DNA from: Acidobacteriota bacterium
Lineage (GTDB): Bacteria; Acidobacteriota; Blastocatellia; UBA7656
Assembly: GCA_016201275.1 (NCBI GenBank)
Contig: JACQDB010000043.1
Location: 339-64,338, forward strand
DNA: 64,000 nucleotides
Reading direction: 5' to 3'
Part shown: piece after piece, positions 31,487-41,749 of the stretch
Numbering within the stretch: the first letter of the stretch is position 1
How the letters are laid out: each line of letters opens with the position of its first letter
Program-made: the position numbers and the translations under genes
The notes under the pieces: generated by a model
Database searches by the model: none
Told to the model about the DNA's origin: nothing
Seen by the model: the letters and a program-made list of their open reading frames with translations, nothing else

Positions 31487-33139
31487 ATGAAAAGAAAAAC
31501 GCATCATTCCGCTCTGTCGCACGCGCTACATCAACGCGCTTTCGTATTGCTCGTGGTGTTGACCAACTTGGTTGGCGGCAACGCCCTGTACGCACAGTCT
31601 GCGGCCTCGACCCCGCAAGCGACTTCGACTCCCGCACCGGGGCAACCTCAAGCGCTTGGCACGGCACACACCGGCAGCACCTCCTCTTCACAAGATGAAG
31701 TGGAGCGCTTGCGAAAAGAGGTGCAGCAACTCCGCGAACAATTGGAGCGCGTCAATCAGGTGGTCGAAAATCTGGCCAAGCGAGAAACCGCGACAGCCCC
31801 CGGCGCAATCAACGCGCCGCGCCCTGCGACTACAGAAACTCCCAGCGCGCCGCAATCAACCGCAACGCCAGACAATCCCCGCATAGCTGTCGCCAGCAAA
31901 GCTCAGGGCGGCGATCTCTCCGGCGCAGGCACGCTGCTTCGCAATGATCGCCTCACCATAGGTGGTTATGGGGAAGCGCAATTTCGCGGCGCAGCGATTA
32001 ACGAGAAGACCAAAGGCGGCGGCACGCCGACCTTCGCCAATCCGCGCTTTGTAATCGGCATGGCGGCGGTGCTTGCCGAAAAGCAGAACATCATCTTCAA
32101 TTCCGAACTGGAATATGAATTCGGCGGACGCGAGATTGAATTGGAGCAAGCCTTCGTAGAATGGAAGATGCGCCCAGAATTCAATATTCGCGGCGGTATT
32201 TTTGTCCCTGCACTCGGACGCTTTAATGTTTATCACGACTCGAATCTGAACCTCACCACGATTCGTCCGCTCGTCAATCAATTCCTTGTGCCAACCGCCT
32301 ATTCTGAGGCCGGTATAGGCGTGCGCGGTAGATTCAAACTGCCGCACAAAATGAAACTGAGCTACGAATTTGATGTCGTCAACGGGATGCGTAGCAGCGG
32401 CAAAGCAGGAGCAGAGGCAGGCGAAGGCACCTCCTTCTCTAGGTTGTCCGGACAGACAGAGGCAGCGGAAATTCATGACCTGACGCTACAGGACAACAAC
32501 CGCAACAAGGCGCTCATCGGGCGCATCGCGTTGTCGCCATTCAACGGGTTCGAGTTTGGCGTGTCGGGTTATCGCGGCAGAATTACTGATGACAATGAAG
32601 CGAAAATTTCAGCCCATATCTTTTTCTTCGATGCTTCGTATCATCGTGGAAATTTTCTATTGAACGGAGAATACGGGCGCTCCAATCTTGTTGGCGGCGG
32701 CATCCCGCGTCGCAGCCCTGCCTTGCCCGTCTTCAAACCCGACGATGCGGAAAGCGCCGAAGCGCTGGAAGATTTTCTGGCGCAACGCACACCTGGGCAA
32801 GATGGTTTTTATATCGAAGGCTCGTATCAATTCCGTCCGCGTTTTGTCGAAAAACATTTTGATGATGGTGGCTACATCGCCCCGGTCGTGCGGTTTGAGG
32901 GCGTGCGTTTGGATCGCACGATAAAAGATTTTTACTTGAACCGTTCGCGCCTCACGTTAGGGGTCAACATCGCGCCGTCTTCAAGCATCATCTTCAAATT
33001 CAACCAGCAGTTCAATCACACCTTTGGCGCGGTGCCAAAATTATCCAGCAATATTGAAGAGCATTTCGGTAGCCAACTCTTGCCCTTCAAAGGCTATGGG
33101 CGCAACGGTTTTACCAGTTCGATTACTTATGTTTTTTAA
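31487..33139 (+). CDS. Outer-membrane beta-barrel porin (OprO/P-like) with an N-terminal coiled coil
   Basis: Signal peptide, EVERLRKEVQQLREQL coil, IGGYGE, FNSELEYE, IELEQAFVEW, DNNRNKALIGR, C-terminal YVF. Confidence 0.8.
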   Translation: MKRKTHHSALSHALHQRAFVLLVVLTNLVGGNALYAQSAASTPQATSTPAPGQPQALGTAHTGSTSSSQDEVERLRKEVQQLREQLERVNQVVENLAKRETATAPGAINAPRPATTETPSAPQSTATPDNPRIAVASKAQGGDLSGAGTLLRNDRLTIGGYGEAQFRGAAINEKTKGGGTPTFANPRFVIGMAAVLAEKQNIIFNSELEYEFGGREIELEQAFVEWKMRPEFNIRGGIFVPALGRFNVYHDSNLNLTTIRPLVNQFLVPTAYSEAGIGVRGRFKLPHKMKLSYEFDVVNGMRSSGKAGAEAGEGTSFSRLSGQTEAAEIHDLTLQDNNRNKALIGRIALSPFNGFEFGVSGYRGRITDDNEAKISAHIFFFDASYHRGNFLLNGEYGRSNLVGGGIPRRSPALPVFKPDDAESAEALEDFLAQRTPGQDGFYIEGSYQFRPRFVEKHFDDGGYIAPVVRFEGVRLDRTIKDFYLNRSRLTLGVNIAPSSSIIFKFNQQFNHTFGAVPKLSSNIEEHFGSQLLPFKGYGRNGFTSSITYVF

Positions 33140-33152
33140 GGAGCAGAAGCAA

Positions 33153-33470
33153 GTGAACAAGCGACGTATGAAACTTTTAGCGGTGATTCTTTTCGTCGTA
33201 CCAACAGCGCTAGGAACTGGCTTGTTGTTTTCAGCGCCGTCGGTTGCGGCCAAACCGGCGTTTATGGATCGCTACAACCGCGACCCGTTTGCCAAAACAG
33301 AACTGCGGAACAAATGCACGGTCTGTCACATAGGGAGCGGCGGTGGCGAACGTAATGAATTCGGCGAGGCCTTTGAAGACACCGGTTTTCGCATCACGCC
33401 CAAACTGCGAAAGCAATTTCCAGACTTATTCGTGTCGGAACCACCGCCATCTCAAACCGCTCAACCATAA
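33153..33470 (+). CDS. Small exported monoheme c-type cytochrome
   Basis: AAGGAG overlaps the porin stop, GTG at 33153; signal peptide; CTVCH followed by GGGERNEFGEAF. Confidence 0.8.
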   Translation: MNKRRMKLLAVILFVVPTALGTGLLFSAPSVAAKPAFMDRYNRDPFAKTELRNKCTVCHIGSGGGERNEFGEAFEDTGFRITPKLRKQFPDLFVSEPPPSQTAQP

Positions 33471-33531
33471 CGCGATGGGAACGATTTTTTTATCAAAGCG
33501 TGAAAGGAATGGTGTGCAGATATGAATGCCG

Positions 33532-34101
33532 TCATGGTCGGGCAATCAGGTTTGAGTAAATCACCCACTTGTCTTTGATCTTGCCGCCGACCAGCGTATA
33601 AACGTCAGTGCCGCCCGTTTCGTTCTGCGCTTTCCAGTTATGAAACAGGCTGCTGGGGGGGATTTTGTCCACCTCTACGCAGCGGTTGGGCGATTCATAA
33701 ACCAGGCGCGCAAAGGCAGAGACGTTGGAGCCGCCCAGAGCGCTCGACAGCATTTTATCTATGCTCTCGCGAGCTTTGGCGACAGCTTCATTCTGCTGCT
33801 TCTCTTTTTCGCTATAGACATTCAAATCTTTTTCAGTTTTGGCGAGTTGCGTTTTCAGAGCGGCGTTCTCGTTGGTCAGGCGAGTCTTTTCCGCCTCCGA
33901 TGAGGAATAAAGCGCGTAACTGGTGGACAGCAAAATAAGCGCGCCGACCAACGCCGCTGCGGTAAGCAACAACAGCAACAACAGCCAGCGCCGCTTGCCA
34001 GCTTCGTTCTGTTCAATCTGTTCGCGCAGCGTGTCAACGTCGTTCTGGGTATAAGTCCATGAACTTCGCGTGGATGATGAGGAGGATTTTTCTGTGGGCA
34101 T
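33532..34101 (-). CDS. Single-pass membrane protein with a coiled coil
   Basis: One TM segment (WLLLLLLLTAAALVGALILL) followed by a heptad coil. Confidence 0.65.
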   Translation of the reverse strand: MPTEKSSSSSTRSSWTYTQNDVDTLREQIEQNEAGKRRWLLLLLLLTAAALVGALILLSTSYALYSSSEAEKTRLTNENAALKTQLAKTEKDLNVYSEKEKQQNEAVAKARESIDKMLSSALGGSNVSAFARLVYESPNRCVEVDKIPPSSLFHNWKAQNETGGTDVYTLVGGKIKDKWVIYSNLIARP

Positions 34102-34210
34102 AACGCTTCCTGCTTCCTGGGTGAAACGAATTTGTTGACAAGGGCAAGGGGGCCGAATCTTGGCGCGCTGAGAGTGTGGCTCAGGCGCTCGTCGTAAAAA
34201 TTTCTTCCGC

Positions 34211-34447
34211 TTATTTGAATTGGCCGAAGCGTTTCAGGAGCTTGTAAATATCTATTGCCGTGCTAAACAAACCTAAGATTAAACCGACCAGAAACCACAG
34301 GGGAGACGTAGCGAAATGATTGTCAGCCAGCCAACCCACATAGGCAGGCAAACCGATCATGAAGGGAATGGACAAGGCCAAACCTGCCGTCATCATAGCC
34401 TGACGCCAACTAATATCGCCCTTGGGTTTCTTATCCTCTTCCGTCAT
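34211..34447 (-). CDS. AtpZ/AtpI (ATP synthase gene 1) family small membrane protein
   Basis: GLALSIPFMIGLPAYVGWLADNHFATSPLWFLVGLILG fits the G..G...D..F.T.P pattern. Confidence 0.75.
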   Translation of the reverse strand: MTEEDKKPKGDISWRQAMMTAGLALSIPFMIGLPAYVGWLADNHFATSPLWFLVGLILGLFSTAIDIYKLLKRFGQFK

Positions 34448-34498
34448 ATCCGTGCTGCTTCGATAATAGCGCAAGCAGCACGCCGATGCTACTCCGCA

Positions 34499-36157
34499 TC
34501 AGCGCGGCGGCGGCGCAGGTGATGGCATAGATTGGGGAGGCGATTTTGGCGCAGCGTGTTCCGCGCCGTCGTTTTGATAAACATAGGTCTTCGGGCCGGT
34601 GGCGGCCTTCTGCGTCAACGCAATCAATTGCTGTGGGAAAATGCCAATCAACAAGACAAACAAAGCCGCTGTCGCCAACGCAATGCGGAGCGGCCACGAT
34701 TGCATGACGGGCTGCATTTCGGTCTCCGCTTCGATGTACATGGCGCGAATAAAGCGCAAATAATAATACAAAGAAACCGCGCTCATCAGGACGGCGAGTA
34801 TCGCCAGTCGCACCAGCCACGGGTTGCCGGTTTCGATAAGTCCGGCGAACAAATAAAACTTGCCAATGAATCCGGCGGTCGGCGGTATGCCGCCAAGCGA
34901 CAGCAGAAAAATCGTCATCATCACCGTCAACCACGGCGCTTTTTTCATCAAGCCGTTCAAGTCTTCCATGCGGTCGCCAATGATGCCGCGTCTTCGCAGC
35001 GCGATGATGCAACCGAAGACGCCCAGATTCATCAAGGTGTAAATGAACAAGTAAATCACGAAGCCGGTGTAGCCGGTTTGATTGCCAGCGATGATACCGA
35101 GCAAAGTGTAACCGGCGTGCGAGATGGACGAATAAGCAAGCAGGCGCTTGGTATTGGTCTGGGTCAAGGCCGCCAGATTTCCCCACACGATGGTGATTGC
35201 CGAAACCACACCCAGCAACACCGCCCAGCCGGGAAGAGCGGGAAGGTGGCTCGTTGCATTGCCTTCAAGCGTGCCGCGCAAATCGGGCAGGCCGTACAAA
35301 AAGATGCGCCCGAACATAGCGAAGCTTGCGGCTTTGACCGCGACCGACATGAACGCGGTGATCGAAGTTGGCGCGCCTTCGTAAGCGTCCGGTGCCCACA
35401 TATGGAACGGCACCGCCGCCACTTTGAAGAACATCCCTGCGGCCATCAAAATCATGGACATCAACACCAAGTAACGCATATCCACGGCCTGACCGAGCGG
35501 TTGATAATTCGCGCCGATGACCACCGGCAAAGCTTTGGCGATGTCTGCCAGATTGGTCGAACCGGTCATGCCATAGACCATCGAAATGCCGTACAGCAAA
35601 ACGCCGGAAGAAAACGCGCCGAGGAGAAAATATTTCATCGCCGCTTCATTCGATCTCTGGTCGCGGCGCAGATAGCCTACGAGTATGTAAACCGAAATCG
35701 CCATCAATTCGAGGGCGATAAACAGCGTCAACAAATCCACCCCTGAAGCCATAAACATCATGCCGACGACGGCGAAAAGAATCAGCGCATAATACTCGCC
35801 GCGCTGTTCGCCTTCTTCGTCTAGATATTTTATGGAAAGCAAAATGGCGAGGAGCGCGCCAATCAGAAACATCATCTTGAAGACCACGGCATAAGGGTCT
35901 ATGACGATCATGCCAAAGAAACCGGCTTTGGCGCTGCTGCCCATCCCCTTGTACACGAAGATGAGCGAGACCAGCGAGACCAGCAAGCCCACTATGCTCA
36001 ACCAGGCGACGAGGAATTTTTGTTGGCGCGGCAACAGCACATCTATTACCAGCGCGGCACAGGCAAACAGCAGCAATAGAACTTCGGGCATAATGAGTTC
36101 TTTGGTCTGCTGCAAGATGACGGAAAGATCAGGCGATGTTTGTAAGAATGCGAACAT
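34499..36157 (-). CDS. nuoN: NADH-quinone oxidoreductase subunit N
   Basis: EAAMKYFLLGAFSS, FKVAAVPFHMWAPDAYEGAP, KRLLAYSSISHAGY. Confidence 0.95.
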   Translation of the reverse strand: MFAFLQTSPDLSVILQQTKELIMPEVLLLLFACAALVIDVLLPRQQKFLVAWLSIVGLLVSLVSLIFVYKGMGSSAKAGFFGMIVIDPYAVVFKMMFLIGALLAILLSIKYLDEEGEQRGEYYALILFAVVGMMFMASGVDLLTLFIALELMAISVYILVGYLRRDQRSNEAAMKYFLLGAFSSGVLLYGISMVYGMTGSTNLADIAKALPVVIGANYQPLGQAVDMRYLVLMSMILMAAGMFFKVAAVPFHMWAPDAYEGAPTSITAFMSVAVKAASFAMFGRIFLYGLPDLRGTLEGNATSHLPALPGWAVLLGVVSAITIVWGNLAALTQTNTKRLLAYSSISHAGYTLLGIIAGNQTGYTGFVIYLFIYTLMNLGVFGCIIALRRRGIIGDRMEDLNGLMKKAPWLTVMMTIFLLSLGGIPPTAGFIGKFYLFAGLIETGNPWLVRLAILAVLMSAVSLYYYLRFIRAMYIEAETEMQPVMQSWPLRIALATAALFVLLIGIFPQQLIALTQKAATGPKTYVYQNDGAEHAAPKSPPQSMPSPAPPPR

Positions 36158-36179
36158 AGTTTCTCTTGTTGATGAACTT

Positions 36180-36323
36180 GTACGGGCGACCCTGCGGTGG
36201 TCGCCCCGGCTTTTGAATTTTGTAGTTTCAAAAGCTCATTGAAAACATTGATGCGATAAGATCGCACGCTTTGAAATCATTTTGAATTTTAATGAGGGAC
36301 GACCACCGCAGGGTCGCCCGTAC
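36180..36323. repeat. Inverted REP-like doublet
   Basis: gtacgggcgaccctgcggtggtcgccc ... gggacgaccaccgcagggtcgcccgtac. Confidence 0.85.
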
Positions 36324-36329
36324 AGTAAA

Positions 36330-38150
36330 TTACTTTGCCTGGCTCTCGACTTCCACAGGCGTAGGCTCACTGATTTTGCTTCCGGTCTTAGTGCTTTGCG
36401 GCATCAATTCGTTGGCAGACTTTTCTTCCGCCATCTTCGGTTCTTCGGGCAGCTTGAAATAATTGGGATCAATCTGCACGACCACCGCTTCGGTCTGCGG
36501 GTTGATGTACGACAGCAACGGTTTGGGATAGATGCCGATCCAGAAAATCAACACGATGAGCGGCGCAAACTGCCACGCTTCTCGCGCATTCAAATCGGGC
36601 AGCGTTTTATTTTTGTCGTTGGTGACGGCACCGAAAAAGACTCTTTGATAAAGCCACAACATATACGCAGCGCCCAAAATAATGCCTACGGTGGCCAGCG
36701 CGCCCCACGTCGCTTTGGCTTCAAACGCGCCTCGCAATACTAGAAACTCGCCGATGAAATTGTTCATCAAAGGCAAGCCCAGCGACGATAGCGTGACGAT
36801 TAAAAAGATTGTCGAGTAGATCGGCATGACCGAGGCCAGGCCGCCAAACTCGGCGATCTCGTAGGTGTGGCGGCGTTCGTAAATCAGACCGGCCAGCATA
36901 AACAGCGCCCCCGTAGAGATGCCATGATTAATCATCTGCATCACCGCGCCGTTGATGCCGTTCGGATTCAAGGCGAACAAACCCAGCATCACAAATCCCA
37001 GATGTGACACCGACGAATAGGCCACCAGTTTCTTAATATCTTTTTGCGCCATCGCCACCAGCGCGCCGTAAATGATGCCGATGATGGCCAACGTAATCAT
37101 CCAGAAACGCACTCGCGGATGCGTCGCCGCATCGGGAAATATCGGCAGCGAAAATCGCATGAAGCCATACGTTCCCATCTTCAGCAAGATGCCCGCGAGG
37201 ATGACCGAGCCTGCCGTGGGCGCGTCGTAGTGGGCGTCCGGCAACCACGTATGAAAGGGGAACATCGGCACTTTGATGGCGAACGACAAGGCAAAGCCTA
37301 CGAATAACCAGATGACTACATTGATACCGAAGACCGTTTTGATGTGCGGCCCGATAGCCGTCAAGGCGGCGATGTTGAACGACGAACGCACATAACTTGA
37401 TGGCAGCGATTTGTTGTCCACGTCTTTGCCATCCACGCGCCGCATAGCGTCTTCGACCAGCTTTCGCATGGCGCTGTTTTCCTGTCCGGTTTCATGATTG
37501 GTGGCGTATTGACGGGCGGTTTCCAGCACCAAACCTTTTTGCGATTTGACGACATCAGGAAAGATGAAGAAGAGTTTTAACACCGCCAAGAGCATCACCA
37601 CGGAACCGACCAAGGTGTAGAGGAAAAATTTAATCGCCGAATAGAGGCGATTTTTGCCGCCCCATATGCCGATCAAAAAGTACATAGGCACGAGCATCAC
37701 TTCCCAAAAGATGAAGAACAGGAAAAGGTCTGCCGAGGCAAACGCGCCAATCATGCCGGTCTGCAACAACAGCAGCATGATGTAGTATTCTTTTTCGCGG
37801 CCTTTGTCGCGGATGTACGACCAAGAGCAGACCGCCGCGATGACGCCAAGCAAAGTGGTCAGCATGATTAAAATCACCGACAAGCCATCAACCGCCACTT
37901 GATAACGCGTTCCGATGATCGGTATCCACTCGAAGTCTTCAATGAATTGCAAACCACCGAGCGCCCGGTCATAGCCCTTGATGCTGCTGCCGAATCCGGT
38001 AATGAGCGGAATCGAAACCACAAAGCACAGTCCCATCCAGAGATTGGCGAACCAGCGAATCGCATCGTTTTTGCTCTTGTTAAATAAGAGTAAGAGGATT
38101 GCCCCAAGCGCCGGCAACCACGTCACCCATGAAAGAATGCCTATCTTCAT
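36330..38150 (-). CDS. nuoM: NADH-quinone oxidoreductase subunit M
   Basis: FWEVMLVPMY, IKVPMFPFHTWLPDAH, LLKMGTYG, AYSSVSHLG. Confidence 0.95.
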   Translation of the reverse strand: MKIGILSWVTWLPALGAILLLLFNKSKNDAIRWFANLWMGLCFVVSIPLITGFGSSIKGYDRALGGLQFIEDFEWIPIIGTRYQVAVDGLSVILIMLTTLLGVIAAVCSWSYIRDKGREKEYYIMLLLLQTGMIGAFASADLFLFFIFWEVMLVPMYFLIGIWGGKNRLYSAIKFFLYTLVGSVVMLLAVLKLFFIFPDVVKSQKGLVLETARQYATNHETGQENSAMRKLVEDAMRRVDGKDVDNKSLPSSYVRSSFNIAALTAIGPHIKTVFGINVVIWLFVGFALSFAIKVPMFPFHTWLPDAHYDAPTAGSVILAGILLKMGTYGFMRFSLPIFPDAATHPRVRFWMITLAIIGIIYGALVAMAQKDIKKLVAYSSVSHLGFVMLGLFALNPNGINGAVMQMINHGISTGALFMLAGLIYERRHTYEIAEFGGLASVMPIYSTIFLIVTLSSLGLPLMNNFIGEFLVLRGAFEAKATWGALATVGIILGAAYMLWLYQRVFFGAVTNDKNKTLPDLNAREAWQFAPLIVLIFWIGIYPKPLLSYINPQTEAVVVQIDPNYFKLPEEPKMAEEKSANELMPQSTKTGSKISEPTPVEVESQAK

Positions 38151-38280
38151 CGAAGTCTCCTAAGAAGCTAGTTTGTATTCAGAATAATTGCCACGCTTCA
38201 GCCTGATAGAATTTGAAAGACCGATATAGCAAGGGTTCGCACCATGACAGACATCTGACAATCTGCCTCGGAGGGGCAAA

Positions 38281-38445
38281 GGAGATTAGCCAGTGGTGCA
38301 GCCACTGGAAAAGAATCGCCCCTTAGAATTATTTAGCCCGGAAAGGGCGATAGAAAACCAGCTTTCATCTTTCATCCCGCGCCCCTTCAGGGCGCGATTG
38401 ATTACGAAGGCTTTCGTCCAGTGGCTGCACCACTGGCTAATCTCC
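38281..38445. mobile_element. 165-bp palindromic element with perfect 28-bp terminal inverted repeats (REP/MITE-like)
   Basis: ggagattagccagtggtgcagccactgg ... ccagtggctgcaccactggctaatctcc, with internal hairpins. Confidence 0.8.
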
Positions 38446-38577
38446 ATCGCGCTTTCAGCGCGAACACAAAGCTCTATCTCTTTTCAAAGACCTTGGCTGA
38501 AAATTTCAAGTACCTAAAACGGCTCGAAAGATTAAAACGAAAATCAAACAGCAAAAACGGCGATAAGCAAAGCCACA

Positions 38578-40995
38578 TCACTTCGCCCCGAACAAGCCTT
38601 TGAGGGTCGCAGAGATCGCCGGATAAATGTAAAACGCCACAATGATAAACAAGCCCAGCGTAAAGACCAGCACATAGTTTTGCCAGAAGCCGGTTTGAAA
38701 AGTACGCAGCACCAGCGACCCGCCTTTGCTGATCCACCCCGTCGCGTTGACCAATAAATCAATCACGTATTTGTCCCACAGATTGCTCAGACGCGCCCAC
38801 AAACGGGTCAACGCGCCCGCACCGTTTACGCCGCCATCCACCACCGTCGCGTCCACCGCCCACAAAGCGTTGTTGACGACTTTACCTGCTGCTACGCCTT
38901 TTACGTCGAGCAAGTAATCCCAATACCACTTGTTGAAACTGAGTTTGTACAGCGGCTGCAATTTCGCGCCCCACGCTTTCGCCAGTCCGGGTTTATCTAA
39001 ATAAAAAACTTTTGCCAGATACATACCAAGCAAAGCGACGAGTACGGAAGCCATCATCAAAATAAGTTCGAGCATCTGGAACGGTTTGTGTTCGCCTTCT
39101 TCGTGCGTTGCTTGCGAGGTTGCTTGCGCTTCGCTGGCAGTAGATTCAGCAGCGTTGTGCGCTTCACTGGCAGTGGTTTGCGGCGTGCCATGCGCTTCGA
39201 CAGTGGCGGTCGTGGCGTGTTGCGGTGTGGCGTGAACTTTTTCAATCACCGGATCAAGCCAATGCTCGAAGGCACTGGCGTGCGGAATACCAAGCAGCCC
39301 TATGAAAAGCGAGAAAGCCGCCAGCACGATTAACGGAATCGTCATGCTCTTGGGCGATTCGTGCGGCTCAAAATGATGATGCGCGGCGGTGTGCGTAACA
39401 AAGGGATCGCTGGCGTCTTTCGCGCCGACGTGTTCACCTGGTTGATGATGCGGACGGTCGCCTGCCGAAGCGGTCACGGCGTCGTGCGGTTTCAAATCCT
39501 TATCGTAAGCGGCAGCGTGCGCTTCGTCGGCCTCGCCACCTGCGTGAACTTTGCGAAAGCGCTCTTCGCCCCAGAACGTCAAAGCCATCAAGCGCGTCAT
39601 GTAAAACGCCGTGATGCCAGCGGTGAACAAGCCGACAATCCACAAAATTTTCGCGCCGCCGAAGCGCGTTGTATCAAAGGTATTCCAGAGAATTTCATCT
39701 TTCGACCAGAAGCCTGCCCATAGGGGAATGCCGCAGATGGCTAGCCAGCCCATCAGCATGGTCTTGTAAGTCGTCGGCAGATATTTTTTCAAGCCGCCCA
39801 TGCGCGGCATCTCCTGTTCGTGGTGCATACCATGTATGACCGAACCGGAGCCGAGGAAAAGCAGAGCTTTGAAAAAAGCGTGGGTGAAGACGTGAAAGAT
39901 AGCGGCTACGAAAGCGCCTACGCCTGCGCCTAAAAACATAAAGCCGAGTTGCGAGACCGTCGAATAAGCGAGAACTTTTTTGATGTCGGTTTGCGTGATG
40001 CCTATGGTTGCGGCGATGAATGCCGTCAAACAACCGACCACCGCGACCACCATCATCATGGTCGTCGAGCGTTGAAAAAAGAAATTGGTGCGCGTCACCA
40101 TAAAGACGCCTGCGGTCACCATAGTCGCCGCGTGTATCAAGGCAGACACCGGCGTGGGGCCTGCCATAGCGTCCGGCAACCAGATGAATAAAGGAATCTG
40201 CGCGCTCTTGCCGGTCGCCCCGATGAACAAGCCCAGCGCAATCCAACTCATCAAACCGAACGCGCCCAGCGCTTCCGGCGGATAGGCTTTCGCCAGTGCC
40301 GCCAGATCATGAAACTGCAAAGTGCCGAACATAGCAAAGACGCCAAAGATGGCCAGGGCAAAGCCTAAATCGCCTATGCGGTTGACGACGAAAGCTTTTT
40401 TGGCGGCGTCGCCCGCTTCCTGTCGGTTGATGTAATAGCCGATCAGCAGGTAGGAACATAATCCCACGCCTTCCCAGCCGACGAACATAATCATGAAGTT
40501 CGATCCCATCACCAACAGCAGCATCATGAACATAAACAGATTCAGGTACGAGAAGAAGCGATAGAAGCCGGGGTCGCCGTGCATATAGCCGGTCGCGAAG
40601 ATGTGAATCAAAAAGCCTACGAAGGTGACGACGAACATCATGACCAGCGAGAGTTGGTCTATTTGATAGCTCCACTCGATATTGAAATTCGCCAGCTTGC
40701 CTTTGTCTGCGCCTTGCGTGAGATGAGCGCGTCCGCCAGGCATCCAGGTAAAGCTGAAGCCGCCGGGTTCTTTGCTTGTGATATAAGGCTTGTCTGCGTT
40801 GTTGGGATTGAAACTGGTTTTGTATTCCACGAATGCGCCTATGGTAATCAACAGCGACAGCCCGATGACACCGCAGGCAATCCACGACACGACCTTTTCG
40901 CTGAGGTGCAGTTTTTTGCCCAAGAGAAAATTGATAAGGAAACCCAACAGTGGAAAGACAGGAATCAGCCAGACGAGTTTTAACATAATAGTCAT
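38578..40995 (-). CDS. nuoL: NADH-quinone oxidoreductase subunit L
   Basis: GWEGVGLCSYLLIG, GKSAQIPL..WLPDAMAGPTPVSALIHAATMV, HAFFKALLFL; alternative ATG at 40986. Confidence 0.95.
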   Translation of the reverse strand: MTIMLKLVWLIPVFPLLGFLINFLLGKKLHLSEKVVSWIACGVIGLSLLITIGAFVEYKTSFNPNNADKPYITSKEPGGFSFTWMPGGRAHLTQGADKGKLANFNIEWSYQIDQLSLVMMFVVTFVGFLIHIFATGYMHGDPGFYRFFSYLNLFMFMMLLLVMGSNFMIMFVGWEGVGLCSYLLIGYYINRQEAGDAAKKAFVVNRIGDLGFALAIFGVFAMFGTLQFHDLAALAKAYPPEALGAFGLMSWIALGLFIGATGKSAQIPLFIWLPDAMAGPTPVSALIHAATMVTAGVFMVTRTNFFFQRSTTMMMVVAVVGCLTAFIAATIGITQTDIKKVLAYSTVSQLGFMFLGAGVGAFVAAIFHVFTHAFFKALLFLGSGSVIHGMHHEQEMPRMGGLKKYLPTTYKTMLMGWLAICGIPLWAGFWSKDEILWNTFDTTRFGGAKILWIVGLFTAGITAFYMTRLMALTFWGEERFRKVHAGGEADEAHAAAYDKDLKPHDAVTASAGDRPHHQPGEHVGAKDASDPFVTHTAAHHHFEPHESPKSMTIPLIVLAAFSLFIGLLGIPHASAFEHWLDPVIEKVHATPQHATTATVEAHGTPQTTASEAHNAAESTASEAQATSQATHEEGEHKPFQMLELILMMASVLVALLGMYLAKVFYLDKPGLAKAWGAKLQPLYKLSFNKWYWDYLLDVKGVAAGKVVNNALWAVDATVVDGGVNGAGALTRLWARLSNLWDKYVIDLLVNATGWISKGGSLVLRTFQTGFWQNYVLVFTLGLFIIVAFYIYPAISATLKGLFGAK

Positions 40996-41099
40996 TAGTC
41001 CTTAGTCCTTAGTCCCTAGTCCTTAGTCTTCAGTTAAAGGTTTCGGCTCGTGAAAGCATTTAACTAAGGACTAGGGACTAAGGACTAAGGACTAAACTA
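40989..41099. repeat. Inverted heptamer arrays (TAGTCCT)n ... (AGGACTA)n
   Basis: Six units adjoining the nuoL start and four to five inverted units adjoining the nuoK stop. Confidence 0.92.
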
Positions 41100-41579
41100 A
41101 AATTTCAGTAAATCAATTTCGTCAATCGCTATGGTTTCGCGGTTGCGGAACAGCGCGATGACGATGCCCAAGCCGACGGCGGCTTCTGCAGCGGCGACAA
41201 CAATGATGAAAATGGTAAAGACCGGCCCGGCCAACGGGTTGACGGTCATACCGGCGCTTTTGAATGCTGTATTGAACGCTTCCTGATTGATTTGAAAGTA
41301 GCGCGAGAACGCGATCAGGTTCAGATTAACCGCGTTCAAAATTAATTCGATGGACATGAAAATGATGATGATGTTGCGGCGCGATAACACTCCGGCGACG
41401 CCTACGACGAAGAGCAGAAAACTCAACATCATGAAATTGACCAGCGTCGGCTCGAAGCGTTCCAGATTCGGCCAGACATACTTGTACGAAACGAAGCCAA
41501 CCGCACCTAAGAAAAGTACGGTGAAGATAAGGTTCGGGAGGTTGTCGCGTGAAAAGAATTTTTTAAGTCCAGAGGGCAT
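41097..41579 (-). CDS. nuoK: NADH-quinone oxidoreductase subunit K (N-terminally extended)
   Basis: [31 protein letters not shown]. Confidence 0.92.
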   Translation of the reverse strand: MPSGLKKFFSRDNLPNLIFTVLFLGAVGFVSYKYVWPNLERFEPTLVNFMMLSFLLFVVGVAGVLSRRNIIIIFMSIELILNAVNLNLIAFSRYFQINQEAFNTAFKSAGMTVNPLAGPVFTIFIIVVAAAEAAVGLGIVIALFRNRETIAIDEIDLLKF

Positions 41580-41617
41580 TTATCCTTACTCCTCAATGGG
41601 TGAAAACCGAACTGCTG

Positions 41618-41688
41618 AGTTTGGCGTGCCGCCTGCAAGCGGTTGCTGCGGCTTTCAGGAAAACCGCCTGTAGGCGGCACGCCAAACT
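41618..41688. repeat. REP-like inverted repeat
   Basis: agtttggcgtgccgcctgcaagcggtt ... aaccgcctgtaggcggcacgccaaact. Confidence 0.8.
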
Positions 41689-41749
41689 TTTCTGTTTAAT
41701 CATGGCCAATGAAACGGCGTTGCGATTGCCCGGCGCGGCCTTAGCAGCC

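Noticed and set aside
34532-35746. 404-aa plus-strand ORF
   Set aside because: Antisense shadow of nuoN with no recognisable motifs; the same applies to 18259-19320 and 24398-25348.
38446-38577. Short ORFs between nuoL and nuoM
   Set aside because: No recognisable motif or RBS; possibly a gene remnant but not supportable.
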